Notes: generated from the letters alone by a model not told the origin. Counted from the first letter of the stretch, positions 20,030 through 29,252 are shown. The stretch: 64,000 nt of DNA from Spirochaetota bacterium (GCA_963664815.2 CAXXHB010000002.1:704001-768000), one strand, 5' to 3'. Numbers and translations are program-made.

Positions 20030-20767
20030 TTATTCAATTCCGAAGAAACCGCCTGTATCACCACCAACCCACCCATCTTTTTTACAGGCCGGGAAATACA
20101 TAATTGCGAGTTTTTTAAAGGCGTCTGATGCGCTGATATCTTTTCCCTCCCATCCTTTCGGTTCTGCTATTCTTCCATTCCAGTTCCCTTCAACTCTGAT
20201 CAGTCCCATAACATAAATTCCTCCGCCGACCGGATAGATGCTTCCGGACTCATTATGTGAATAGACTGCAATATACACACTGTTTTTAGTACCATTGTAA
20301 TGATTTATTATAGGGAGTTTTTTCTTTGTCCATTCATCAGCCTCGTGGTTTATGACACTGGATCCGTCTGTCCATACATAAATGAACGAAGGGAGAGCTT
20401 CAACATTATTGTCTGATTCCCCTGTCGGAAATTCGCTGCCGGATAACAGGGAATTAATTGATCCCGCGAAATCTTCCAGGTTATCAATGTTAAAGTAGGT
20501 CTGGTTATTAATAATCATAACCGGCATGCTGATAGATCCATCTTTATATTTTCCCGAAGTACGGATTTTAACCCACATTTTCTTGTTTGCATTTGTATCT
20601 GATGTTGAATACTCTGTATATCTGATTTTATTGCTTTTAAGATAATCAAGAATATAAGCACATCTGCCGCATCCCGGTAATGTAAAAATTGTAATCTCAC
20701 CGTTGGTATCTGCAAAAAGAACAGCTGATAATAAGATGAAAAAAGTAGATATCAGAAATTGTTTCAT
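20030..20767 (-). CDS. Exported protein: glutaredoxin-like domain plus uncharacterised C-terminal domain
   Basis: Signal peptide (VLFA-D), FTLPGCGRC, SMPV cis-Pro motif, acidic linker, second domain ending GGDTGGFFGIE. Confidence 0.7.
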   Translation of the reverse strand: MKQFLISTFFILLSAVLFADTNGEITIFTLPGCGRCAYILDYLKSNKIRYTEYSTSDTNANKKMWVKIRTSGKYKDGSISMPVMIINNQTYFNIDNLEDFAGSINSLLSGSEFPTGESDNNVEALPSFIYVWTDGSSVINHEADEWTKKKLPIINHYNGTKNSVYIAVYSHNESGSIYPVGGGIYVMGLIRVEGNWNGRIAEPKGWEGKDISASDAFKKLAIMYFPACKKDGWVGGDTGGFFGIE

Positions 20768-21085
20768 ATTTTTCCTCGGAGTTGTGTAAATATTTATTTA
20801 TCAATGGTAAATTTAATTTTATAACTTTGTCAAATCAACTTCTTTTTATCTTTATCATACTTGCCATTTAGCGGTATTTTCAAACAAGCGTTTGTAGCAT
20901 TAAGGAAATTTTTGGAAGTTTTTATAAGGTTTCACACGGTATATCCTGTAAAAAAAAAGATAAAAAATCATTTTATCATAAAATATTTTAATTCAGCTCT
21001 ATTGTTTAAATACTAAAGCTTTGTAATCCATGATTCTTAAGAGTTTATAGCAAAATGTAATTTATAATAACAGCTTTATATGAAT

Positions 21086-21115
21086 AAAAAACCGGCAGAT
21101 TCAAAACTGCCGGTT
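21086..21115 (-). terminator. Intrinsic terminator downstream of the small ORF
   Basis: On the minus strand AACCGGCAG-TTTTGAAT-CTGCCGGTT followed by TTTTATT. Confidence 0.8.
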
Positions 21116-21174
21116 CGATTCTTAAATAAAAAACCGGGAACAACGGAATAGAAAGACGTTATTCCTTACAGAAA

Positions 21175-21336
21175 TCATTTTCCATTAATAATTTTGTTTG
21201 TCAGAAAATCTGTCTGCATGGGATTAAGATCAAATTGTTTACTGGTATCCTCAATAAGTTTAAGTTTATCGGCGGTTGGAGTATCCCTGAGGATATCGCT
21301 GATATACTTTACGGCTTTTTTCATTGTATCATCCAT
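21175..21336 (-). CDS. Small hypothetical protein, 53 aa (missing from the ORF track)
   Basis: SD AGGGGAAG; MDDTMKKAVKYISDILRDTPTADKLKLIEDTSKQFDLNPMQTDFLTNKIINGK; amphipathic helical pattern; terminator downstream. Confidence 0.75.
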   Translation of the reverse strand: MDDTMKKAVKYISDILRDTPTADKLKLIEDTSKQFDLNPMQTDFLTNKIINGK

Positions 21337-21431
21337 AGCACTTCCCCTTAATTATTTCAACATATTTTATAATCAAATTAGCATCATCGTGATGTTAATG
21401 GGCTGCCTTACCAAAACAGCACGATAAATAA

Positions 21432-22316
21432 TTACAGCGCCCTCATATGTTCAGGTTTTAAAATTCTCTCATCTTTTGTCGTAATTACCTTATCAATCAT
21501 TTTCAATACCGCACTCTGTTCTTCCGGGAGGTTGGCTTTAATTGGAAGATAATTAGATGCATGGTTTGAAGTAAAATAACATTTCCTCCTTACGTTCATA
21601 TTCTTTACAATTATCTTCAGTTCTTCAAGAAGGCCGAATTTATCCGGGAGGACAAACGTACCATCCTGGTATTCTCTATAAAGCTGGGTATTTGGAAGTA
21701 TCATAACTGTAAGTGCCGATGCAAAGTCTGGAGACATTTCGCCGAGAAGCTTCCCGGTATCACGGGCATGTTCATGAGACATCTCCCTGCCGCCAATTCC
21801 AAGAAGAACTGTCTGTGAAAGTTTTATGCCGGAATCAATAACCTTTGATGCAGCCTCTTTCATTCTGTCTGGGAATGCACCTTTGCGTATTTTACGCAGA
21901 ACATCCTTATTCCCGCTCTCTATCCCCTGGTATATAACTGTGAGCCCCGCGTTTTTTAAAGCCCTGAGTTCTTCTGGGGTTTTACGGAGAATTGCCTTTG
22001 CGTTTCCATAAACATTTATAGTTTCAATAGCCGGATTTTTCTGTTTTATATAATTCATTATTCTTAATATCTCCTCAGTCGGGAGTATAAGAACATCACC
22101 GTCGGCAAGAAAAGCCTTTGTAAAATTATACCTGTAACTTGATGCTTCGTCAATATCTTTTTTAACAGTTTCCCAGTCTTTAATACGGAATCTGGATATC
22201 GGATCTTTATATGTACCGCAGAATGTACACATATTGTGTGAACACCCCACTGTTACCTGTATTATCATGCTGTAAGCCTCGGAAGGGGGTCTTATTACGT
22301 GTCCTACATAATCCAT
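21432..22316 (-). CDS. Radical SAM protein of unknown function
   Basis: IRPPSEA, GCSHNMCTFC (CxxxCxxC), FLADGD, GIESG, SNHASNY; SD GAGG. Confidence 0.9.
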   Translation of the reverse strand: MDYVGHVIRPPSEAYSMIIQVTVGCSHNMCTFCGTYKDPISRFRIKDWETVKKDIDEASSYRYNFTKAFLADGDVLILPTEEILRIMNYIKQKNPAIETINVYGNAKAILRKTPEELRALKNAGLTVIYQGIESGNKDVLRKIRKGAFPDRMKEAASKVIDSGIKLSQTVLLGIGGREMSHEHARDTGKLLGEMSPDFASALTVMILPNTQLYREYQDGTFVLPDKFGLLEELKIIVKNMNVRRKCYFTSNHASNYLPIKANLPEEQSAVLKMIDKVITTKDERILKPEHMRAL

Positions 22317-22385
22317 TTACTACCTCTGTAAAATTATTATAATTTTAAGAAAAGATTTATCTCTTTATGTTACCATATTTTTCAT

Positions 22386-23015
22386 TCATTTAAAATTCAC
22401 AATTTTATGAAGCTGAATATTAAGCCGAATATTCAATTTATCCTTAATAATCAGGTTTGAAAGAACCCAGGGTTCCATCAAACCTGAAGCCGGTGAAAAA
22501 TTTATAACAGATTCTACTCCTTTAAGCTTCTCTTTAATGAATGATTTTGCAAATTCATAATCCTCCATTACCGATATAACAAATTTCAGTTCATCATTTT
22601 TTTGCAGGAACTTAATATTTTCTTCATTAAATGAGTTTACTTCGCCGCTTGATGGAGTTTTTACATCTGCTATAATTCTTACATTATCAGGAATTATTGG
22701 GAATAGTATAGTTCCATTTGTTTCAACCTGGGTAGAGTATCCCTCTTCCGTAAGCCTTTGAAGGAGATAAAGTGCTCCATCCTGCAAAAGAGGTTCCCCC
22801 CCGGTAAGTGTGATGTGATGAAAAGGTTTGTTCCTGTTAACCTCTTCTATGATGTCATCAACAGTCATCTCTACTCCCCATTCTCTGGCTTTTGGAGTAT
22901 CACACCATGAGCAGTTGAGATTGCAACCGGCTAACCTTATAAAAAGTGAAGGAAATCCTGCTGAAGTCGTTTCTCCCTGAATAGAGTAGAATATTTCATG
23001 TACTTTCAGTTTCAT
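22386..23015 (-). CDS. queE: 7-carboxy-7-deazaguanine synthase-like radical SAM protein
   Basis: EIFYSIQGE, FIRLAGCNLNCSWCDT, TGGEPLLQ, ETNG, KFVI, QLHK. Confidence 0.85.
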   Translation of the reverse strand: MKLKVHEIFYSIQGETTSAGFPSLFIRLAGCNLNCSWCDTPKAREWGVEMTVDDIIEEVNRNKPFHHITLTGGEPLLQDGALYLLQRLTEEGYSTQVETNGTILFPIIPDNVRIIADVKTPSSGEVNSFNEENIKFLQKNDELKFVISVMEDYEFAKSFIKEKLKGVESVINFSPASGLMEPWVLSNLIIKDKLNIRLNIQLHKIVNFK

Positions 23016-23133
23016 AAATTATACCTTTTTACATTATCTCATCAAAAGCTGCATATATACTACTAAATTTTATAAATTAGCATAAAAAATTTTCGGTATT
23101 AATTCTTTATTTTAAAGAAAAATATTAATTTAT

Positions 23134-23266
23134 CAGGGCTGTTAAGAGCAGGGGGGTGGTAGTATTTATATATTAAGGGATACTACCCTGAGTTATTATA
23201 CTTGGCGTGGAATCACGGGGGAATACGCAGGCCATGTACTGCTGAAAGCTGTTTTAACAGTATCTG
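23134..23266 (+). ncRNA. Unidentified structured RNA candidate
   Basis: GC-richer island closed by CTGTTAAGA/TTTTAACAG with internal hairpins GGTAGTAT/ATACTACC and CGTG/CACG; G-U pairs favour the + strand; T-rich tail. Confidence 0.4.
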
Positions 23267-23339
23267 TTCTTTTATTTTTTATTGAAAGAATGTTTTTTAT
23301 ACCAGGAAAGATCATAAAAAAAGGCAAAAAAAGCAGTTA

Positions 23340-23370
23340 AAAAAACCTTTGAATCAATCAAAGGTTTTTT
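23340..23370 (-). terminator. Intrinsic terminator after htpX (probably bidirectional)
   Basis: AAAAAACCTTTGA-ATCAA-TCAAAGGTTTTTT. Confidence 0.75.
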
Positions 23371-23400
23371 ATTAAAAGTAAGTAGTTTAATGTCGGTCTG

Positions 23401-24279
23401 TTACATCTGCTGAAGTCTTGCGATACGGTCTTCAATTGATGGGTGTGTTGACCAGAGTGACACTCTTCTATTGGAGCTGATTTTGGCAATAGCGAATGAA
23501 TCTTTCTGAGTAGGTATCTCTGCCGCACGGGCGAGTCTTTTTAACGCATTAGCCATTGAAGATGGAGATGTTATTTTTGCAGAACCTTCATCTGCCTTAT
23601 ACTCCCTGTATCTTGAGAAAGCTGCAATTGGTATTGTCGCAAGAAGCATGAAAACCGTTTCAAGAAGATTCACAACTATTATGTATGCAAAAAATCCAAG
23701 ACCGCCATCTCCATCATCACCTCTGAGTACATTATCGATTATACCGGCAATTATTCTTGAAAGAAACATTACAAGCGCGTTTGCAATACCAGTAAGGAGC
23801 GTCATCGTAACCATGTCACCATTGGCAATGTGTGATATCTCATGACCGGCTACTGCTTCTACTTCATTTTTATCCATTGCATTGAGAAGACCGGTGGAAA
23901 AAGCTACAATGGACTTGTTTTTTGAAGGACCTGTAGCAAATGCATTAGGTTCTGCCGACTGATATACTCCAACTTCAGGGACTGACTGAAGACCTGCCTG
24001 TCTGGAGAGGCGGGCAACAATCTGATAGATTTCTCTTAGTTCATAATTCTGTTCGTTCCCATTAATTGTCTGGATATTATAGACTTTTTTTGCCATCCAC
24101 CTGCTCATTGCAAGTGAAATAAATGCACCAACCATTCCGAATACTCCGCACATCACAGCAAGACCGGTTACTCCTCTTGGGCTTATTCCGAGCATGGGCA
24201 ATGCTATATTAAGAATTATGCTCACTGTGATTATTACAAGAAAGTTTGTGAGAAGAAAAAGACCTATACGCTTTAACAT
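23401..24279 (-). CDS. htpX: Membrane zinc metalloprotease HtpX
   Basis: KRIGLFLLTN, PNAFATG, HEISHIANGDMVT, FSRYREYKAD, STHPS. Confidence 0.97.
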   Translation of the reverse strand: MLKRIGLFLLTNFLVIITVSIILNIALPMLGISPRGVTGLAVMCGVFGMVGAFISLAMSRWMAKKVYNIQTINGNEQNYELREIYQIVARLSRQAGLQSVPEVGVYQSAEPNAFATGPSKNKSIVAFSTGLLNAMDKNEVEAVAGHEISHIANGDMVTMTLLTGIANALVMFLSRIIAGIIDNVLRGDDGDGGLGFFAYIIVVNLLETVFMLLATIPIAAFSRYREYKADEGSAKITSPSSMANALKRLARAAEIPTQKDSFAIAKISSNRRVSLWSTHPSIEDRIARLQQM

Positions 24280-24541
24280 ATTAACCCTCTGAAAAAATTC
24301 ATATTTAATTCACAGGAGATGATTTCTCTACTCCGTGTGTTTTTCAGTTATTTATTTAAAACCTCAATAAAGTCAAGGATTATAGATAGTTTTAGTATTG
24401 AGAGTTATTATATGTTACATTCAAAATAACTTTTTTTATTATATCCTGATATTATAGTAATAATTTTAATTTGGATATAGAGTTTTATTAGAGGTTGAAG
24501 TTTCCATGTTTCCTGTTTCCAGAGATATCTGGAAACAATGG

Positions 24542-24578
24542 AGGGGGGAGTCATTTTTAATAAAAACCATCCCCCCTC
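24542..24578 (-). terminator. Hairpin downstream of the enoyl-CoA hydratase gene
   Basis: GAGGGGGGA...TCCCCCCTC inverted repeat; weak U tract. Confidence 0.45.
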
Positions 24579-24604
24579 TTTTGACTTGTCTGCTGATAAG
24601 TCTT

Positions 24605-25372
24605 CTATTGTACTTTGTTCATTTTAAGCGCCGCACCCATTGCAAGGAGTGTCTGGTTCCTGTCTTCAATATTTAATGCCTGTTCCATCCCACCCGCATC
24701 CAGGTTCATGTTTATAGCTTCTTTGGTAAGACGGAGACCCATGTGGTTTTTGCTCATCAGGATTTTTGCGTATTCCATGGCTGTTTCAATCAGTTTATCT
24801 TTTTCAACCATTTTTGATACAAGACCAAGGTTAATGGCTTCTTCCGATGACATAAACCTTCCGGTATACATAAACTCGTAGGCTCTTCCGGCTCCAATCA
24901 TCCTGGGAAGAAAGTAGCTGCATGACATATCCGCTCCTCCGAGACCGATGTTTATATATGCAGCGCAGAATTTAGCATCCGGACTGATTATCCGTATATC
25001 GGAAGCAAGAACAAAACTGAATCCCTGCCCAGCCGCAGCGCCATGAACTGCTGTAATAATCGGTTGGGGAGCTCTTCTCATATGAAGGTTTATTCTCCCA
25101 AGTCTTGCCTGAAACCTATAAAGCTCCTGGGGTCCCATTTTAGAGAGAGATTCGTCAGATTCCTTCATGTCAAGCCCTGCGCAGAAACCTTTTTCGCCGT
25201 TACCTTTAAGTATTATCACGCATGTATCAAGATCATAGAGCCTTTCACGCCAGAAATGTTCAAGTTCCTCCATCATCTGGTGATTAACTGCATTATAAAC
25301 ATCAGGTCGGTTCAGGCTGAGCTGCATAACTCCTTTCTCAATTGTTGAGCATTGTATTGTGCTGTATTCCAT
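24605..25372 (-). CDS. Enoyl-CoA hydratase/isomerase family protein
   Basis: LNRPDVYNA, FCAGLDM, AVHGAAAGQG, ASDIR; start MEYST at 25372 has an AAGGAG SD (the longer ORF overlaps the upstream gene). Confidence 0.92.
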   Translation of the reverse strand: MEYSTIQCSTIEKGVMQLSLNRPDVYNAVNHQMMEELEHFWRERLYDLDTCVIILKGNGEKGFCAGLDMKESDESLSKMGPQELYRFQARLGRINLHMRRAPQPIITAVHGAAAGQGFSFVLASDIRIISPDAKFCAAYINIGLGGADMSCSYFLPRMIGAGRAYEFMYTGRFMSSEEAINLGLVSKMVEKDKLIETAMEYAKILMSKNHMGLRLTKEAINMNLDAGGMEQALNIEDRNQTLLAMGAALKMNKVQ

Positions 25373-25397
25373 AATATGTTCTCCTTTATTTAGTTTA

Positions 25398-26363
25398 TTA
25401 TATATGGTTTCCGGCGAATTCAGTTGCCCTGGTTTCATGCCAGAATTCACCGCTGTTTCCGAAAGTGATGAAACCCACATGCCCGCCGTTTTCAGGCACT
25501 TCAAGAAAAAGTCTGTCGTTCTGCATAGCATCTTCATAAGGATAACAACGCTCGCCAAGTATCGGATCATCTTTGGCATTTATAATCAGGGTGGGGATTG
25601 CAGTATTCCTGATATATTTACCTGAACTGCACTTTTCCCAGTAATCATAAGCATCAGCAAATCCATTCAGTGGCCCTGTAAAATTATTATCAAAGTCCTT
25701 CAATGTTTTAATTGAAGAATAATTTCTTGTTATTCCGGGGGGAAGAATACCCTCTTTTTCTTTCATTTTATCAATCAGTGTTAAAAGAAATCTTTTCGAG
25801 TAGAGATAGTTTTTCTTTTTATGAAGTTCAATGGAGGATGATAATAAATCACATGGGGCGGATATCCCTATTGCGCTTTTAATCTCATGAGAAATCCTTT
25901 CCCCTCTTTCACCGGCATATTTAAGCGTGAGGTTTGCTCCCAGGCTGAATCCTACAAGTGAAATAGACTTATAGTTTCCAGTACGAATTACATAATCGAT
26001 AACGCATTGAAGATCATCCGTTCTACCGCTGTGATATGTTGCGGAAGAACGGTTAGGCACGCCGCTGCATCCCCTGAAATTGAATGAAACTCCATCCCAA
26101 CCCCGTTTGTTGAATGCCTTCATCATTCCAAGCATATATGCCCTCTCTGAATTGCCTTCAAGTCCGTGTGAAAGTATTACAATCCTGTCCGATCCATTTA
26201 CGGAGAAGTCGATATCAAGAAAATCTCCATCAGATGTTTCTATTCTTTCCCGTGAATAATTTATCCCTTTTACCTTACGCAATAGTGTAGGGATTACCGT
26301 TTGAAGGTGACTGTTTTTAAATATAAACGGGGATTTGTATGTTGATTTTTCTATTACAGGCAT
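25398..26363 (-). CDS. Alpha/beta hydrolase, YheT family
   Basis: HLQT, HGLEG, NFRGCSG, GFSLG nucleophile elbow, AKDDP, GGHVGF. Confidence 0.92.
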   Translation of the reverse strand: MPVIEKSTYKSPFIFKNSHLQTVIPTLLRKVKGINYSRERIETSDGDFLDIDFSVNGSDRIVILSHGLEGNSERAYMLGMMKAFNKRGWDGVSFNFRGCSGVPNRSSATYHSGRTDDLQCVIDYVIRTGNYKSISLVGFSLGANLTLKYAGERGERISHEIKSAIGISAPCDLLSSSIELHKKKNYLYSKRFLLTLIDKMKEKEGILPPGITRNYSSIKTLKDFDNNFTGPLNGFADAYDYWEKCSSGKYIRNTAIPTLIINAKDDPILGERCYPYEDAMQNDRLFLEVPENGGHVGFITFGNSGEFWHETRATEFAGNHI

Positions 26364-26492
26364 TTAAGCTCCTTGTTATATTATTTCTGTGAACAGGGAT
26401 CGGATAATCGAGTTGATTGCATTAGATGTTTAACGATCAGACTTCGTTTACCAATCCACTGTTACACATGGGGAAAAATAGATCCGGCTAGA

Positions 26493-28883
26493 CTACAGCA
26501 TCAGGGTTTTCCCCTTAGTTGCCATACTCTCTGCCATCATTTGCGTGTTCTTTGTTTTCCAGAGATCTACAAACGCCTCTCTTTCAAGTTTAAACATGTA
26601 ATCTTCAGATATGTAACTGCCTGAAGAAGCATCACCACCAGAAAGGACATATGCAATTGTTCTTGCTATATGAGCCATGTGCGGCGTTATCTGACCTGCC
26701 TTAAGCATGTCTGGCAGGTTTCCATCAATAGGTCCCATCGCAGCATTTCCCATTACTTTAACAGGAGTTTTTGCAGGTGGAACATAACCTTCATCAGCAA
26801 GTTTGAGTACTTCTTTTTTTGCTTCACCTATAATATAATCCCTGTTGAAAATAATTCTGTCCTGTTGTCTTAAAAAGCCTGCTTTTTTAGCGTCCATAGC
26901 CGACCCTCCGACTTTAGCCATTGAGATTTGCTGAAATGCATGGAGAAAGACAGGAAGCAAGTCATTAATTGGCGCAACAGGTGCTTCCATAAGCCTTCTC
27001 CAGTAGTTTACACATCCCCCACCTGCGGGAAGCAGTCCCGCTCCGATTTCAACAAGACCCATATAAAGCTCGCAGTGGGCTACAATTTTATCAGCCCATA
27101 GACATGATTCACAACCGCCGCCGAGAGCCATCCCGTATGGAGCTGCAACCATCGGGAATGCCGCATACTTCATGCTCATCATACCGGAGTGAACATTGGC
27201 GATAAAGCTGTCAATTTCACTGAATTTACCTGCTGCTGCGAGGCCAAGCATAAATTTTAAATCAGCGCCTGCACTGTATGCAGCTCCCTGGCTTCCCATT
27301 ACAAGACCCACGCCGTTTTTCAGAACATATTCGACAATCGGAGGTACCATATCAACTATTTCACCATTGGCGGCATTCATCTTTGTGTGGTATTCAAAAC
27401 AGAAAACTCCATCACCGAGGTCGATTAGTGATGCACTTTTTGTTTTAAGAACCTCTTTTGTTTTATCGGTTTTTATATTATCAAGAAATATCATCTGGGG
27501 GCTGTAGAGTATATCTTTATAGCTCTCAGAGACGAAATCCCAGTACTGTTTTTTCCCGTTCTGAACTCTGTAGAATTTATCAGCACCTTTATCGATCATT
27601 TTTTTAACTTTTAATGGAACAGCATATCCGGACCATTCAATATTGGCGATGGAATCTTTTATACCAATATTATCCCACATCTCGAAAGGACCAAATTCCC
27701 ATGCGTAACCCCATTTCATCCCGTTGTCTATCTCTACTATTGTATCGGCAATCTCGGGAATCCTGTTTGCAGAGTACGAGAACATTGCTGAAAGAATGGT
27801 TTTTGTGAATTCGTTATTATTGAAGAGATACTTCATTTTTTCGGGGGTAGAGGAGATGCTTTTAACGGCTTCAACGCTTGGATATACTGCTTTTGTGTCA
27901 TAGTCAACATGCTGAAGTGTCTTTATATCGAGAACTTTTTTAAACTTTTTACCGTCAGGCCCTTTCCCTGAAAGGTAAAACCCTCCTTTGTCTTTAGCCT
28001 TGTTTCCATACATCCCTTTTGCCATCATTTCCTTGAAGAACTTCGGAGTTTTGTATATTTCTCTTTGTTCATCATCCACGAGAAGTTCGTATGAATTATC
28101 TGCAATATGGTCGGTTGTATCAGCACCGACAAAGTCTGTTAAACCGAATATTGCAGTTCCGGGGAATCCCATAGGCTTTGAAAAAATTGCATCAGCCTCG
28201 GGAATCGATATCATCTCTTTATCTATAAGTCTTAAAGCGACGCAGATAAGAGCCATTCCTATCCTGTTCCCGATAAAATTCGGGGTATCTTTCCCCCAGA
28301 CTATCCCTTTACCGAGGATCTGTTCTCCCCATCTGGCCGTGAAGTCGCATACTTCTTTTTTAGTCTCAGGTCCGGCAATCATTTCAAGAATCTTCATATA
28401 ACGCACAGGATTAAAGAAGTGTGTAATAAGAAAATGTTCCTTAAAATCTCTGCTTCTTCCTTCTGCCATCTGGGCTATAGGGAGTCCTGATGTATTTGAA
28501 GCGATTATTGATCCAGGCTTTCTGATTTTTTCAAGCCGTGAAAAAAGATCCTGTTTAATTTTCAAATTTTCTACCACAACCTCGAAGATGATGTCGCAAT
28601 CAGAAAGCTTCTCGAAATCGTCTGTAAGATTTCCTGTTTCTATAAGTGCCAGATCGTGGCTCCTGTCCATAAAAGCTGCAGGTTTTGCTTTTATCTGAGC
28701 TTGCAGTCCGGTTTCTACTATTCTGCTCTTTGCAGTCCGGCTGTTTTTTTCTTCATCTGTAAGATTAAAGGGAGCGATGTCGAGCAGCAAAGTCTTAACA
28801 CCGGCGCTTGCACAAAGAGCAGCGATACCTCCACCCATAATTCCGGAGCCTATTACGGCTGCTTTTGCAATTCTTCTGTTCAT
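26493..28883 (-). CDS. 3-hydroxyacyl-CoA dehydrogenase / enoyl-CoA hydratase (FadN-type)
   Basis: GSGIMGGGIA, ASNTSGLP, HFFNPVRYM, KDTPNFIGNR, C-terminal crotonase domain (SAGADL, ALGGGCE). Confidence 0.95.
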   Translation of the reverse strand: MNRRIAKAAVIGSGIMGGGIAALCASAGVKTLLLDIAPFNLTDEEKNSRTAKSRIVETGLQAQIKAKPAAFMDRSHDLALIETGNLTDDFEKLSDCDIIFEVVVENLKIKQDLFSRLEKIRKPGSIIASNTSGLPIAQMAEGRSRDFKEHFLITHFFNPVRYMKILEMIAGPETKKEVCDFTARWGEQILGKGIVWGKDTPNFIGNRIGMALICVALRLIDKEMISIPEADAIFSKPMGFPGTAIFGLTDFVGADTTDHIADNSYELLVDDEQREIYKTPKFFKEMMAKGMYGNKAKDKGGFYLSGKGPDGKKFKKVLDIKTLQHVDYDTKAVYPSVEAVKSISSTPEKMKYLFNNNEFTKTILSAMFSYSANRIPEIADTIVEIDNGMKWGYAWEFGPFEMWDNIGIKDSIANIEWSGYAVPLKVKKMIDKGADKFYRVQNGKKQYWDFVSESYKDILYSPQMIFLDNIKTDKTKEVLKTKSASLIDLGDGVFCFEYHTKMNAANGEIVDMVPPIVEYVLKNGVGLVMGSQGAAYSAGADLKFMLGLAAAGKFSEIDSFIANVHSGMMSMKYAAFPMVAAPYGMALGGGCESCLWADKIVAHCELYMGLVEIGAGLLPAGGGCVNYWRRLMEAPVAPINDLLPVFLHAFQQISMAKVGGSAMDAKKAGFLRQQDRIIFNRDYIIGEAKKEVLKLADEGYVPPAKTPVKVMGNAAMGPIDGNLPDMLKAGQITPHMAHIARTIAYVLSGGDASSGSYISEDYMFKLEREAFVDLWKTKNTQMMAESMATKGKTLML

Positions 28884-29012
28884 AGATCCTCCTGTGAAAG
28901 TCTTTATTTAAGTTGATAAATTCAGCTTATCACTTTAAAATTTTGTAACGCATTTTAAGCGTTATTGTAAATTTCAAATAAACTTTAAGTGCAGGTCTGA
29001 TTTACTCAGAGA

Positions 29013-29054
29013 ACAATAAATTTAATTGAACATTCAGTTAATTAAATTTATTGT
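29013..29054. promoter_or_regulatory. 15-bp inverted repeat, candidate operator in the divergent fadN/acyl-CoA dehydrogenase region
   Basis: ACAATAAATTTAATT-N12-AATTAAATTTATTGT. Confidence 0.4.
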
Positions 29055-29194
29055 ATGGTTTTGTCAACATTTTTTCCGGCAGAATATGCCCACCCGCCTC
29101 AACACTAACCGTTATAATTCATAAAATTTAAACTTCAGATTCTGCAGAAAAAGAGAAATAAAAAAATAATGAAAAAAAACATTGACAGATAATT

Positions 29195-29216
29195 TTATTG
29201 AATGCCCAGTCAATAA
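29195..29216. promoter_or_regulatory. Candidate TetR/FadR-type operator overlapping the acyl-CoA dehydrogenase promoter
   Basis: TTATTGA-ATGCCCAG-TCAATAA just downstream of TTGACA (29182-29187). Confidence 0.45.
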
Positions 29217-29252
29217 GATTCGGTAGTGAAAAATCATGTAGGGAGATAGTAT

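Noticed and set aside
20881-20894. Short palindrome CAAAC-AAGC-GTTTG as a TetR operator
   Set aside because: Only 5-bp arms and a single occurrence; not distinguishable from chance
21194-21427. Plus-strand 77-aa ORF
   Set aside because: Antisense shadow of the 53-aa minus-strand gene, which has an SD and a terminator
23016-23300. preQ1 or ZTP riboswitch upstream of queE
   Set aside because: No preQ1 class I-III pattern; the ZTP-like TGGCG...GTGG...CAC GGGG is on the wrong strand and lacks the 3' CGCCTGGG pseudoknot partner
25373-25579. N-terminal extension of the enoyl-CoA hydratase ORF, and similar extensions at 18778-18831, 34934-35008 and 45490-45600
   Set aside because: They overlap neighbouring genes or promoters; downstream ATGs with clear SD sequences match the family N-termini
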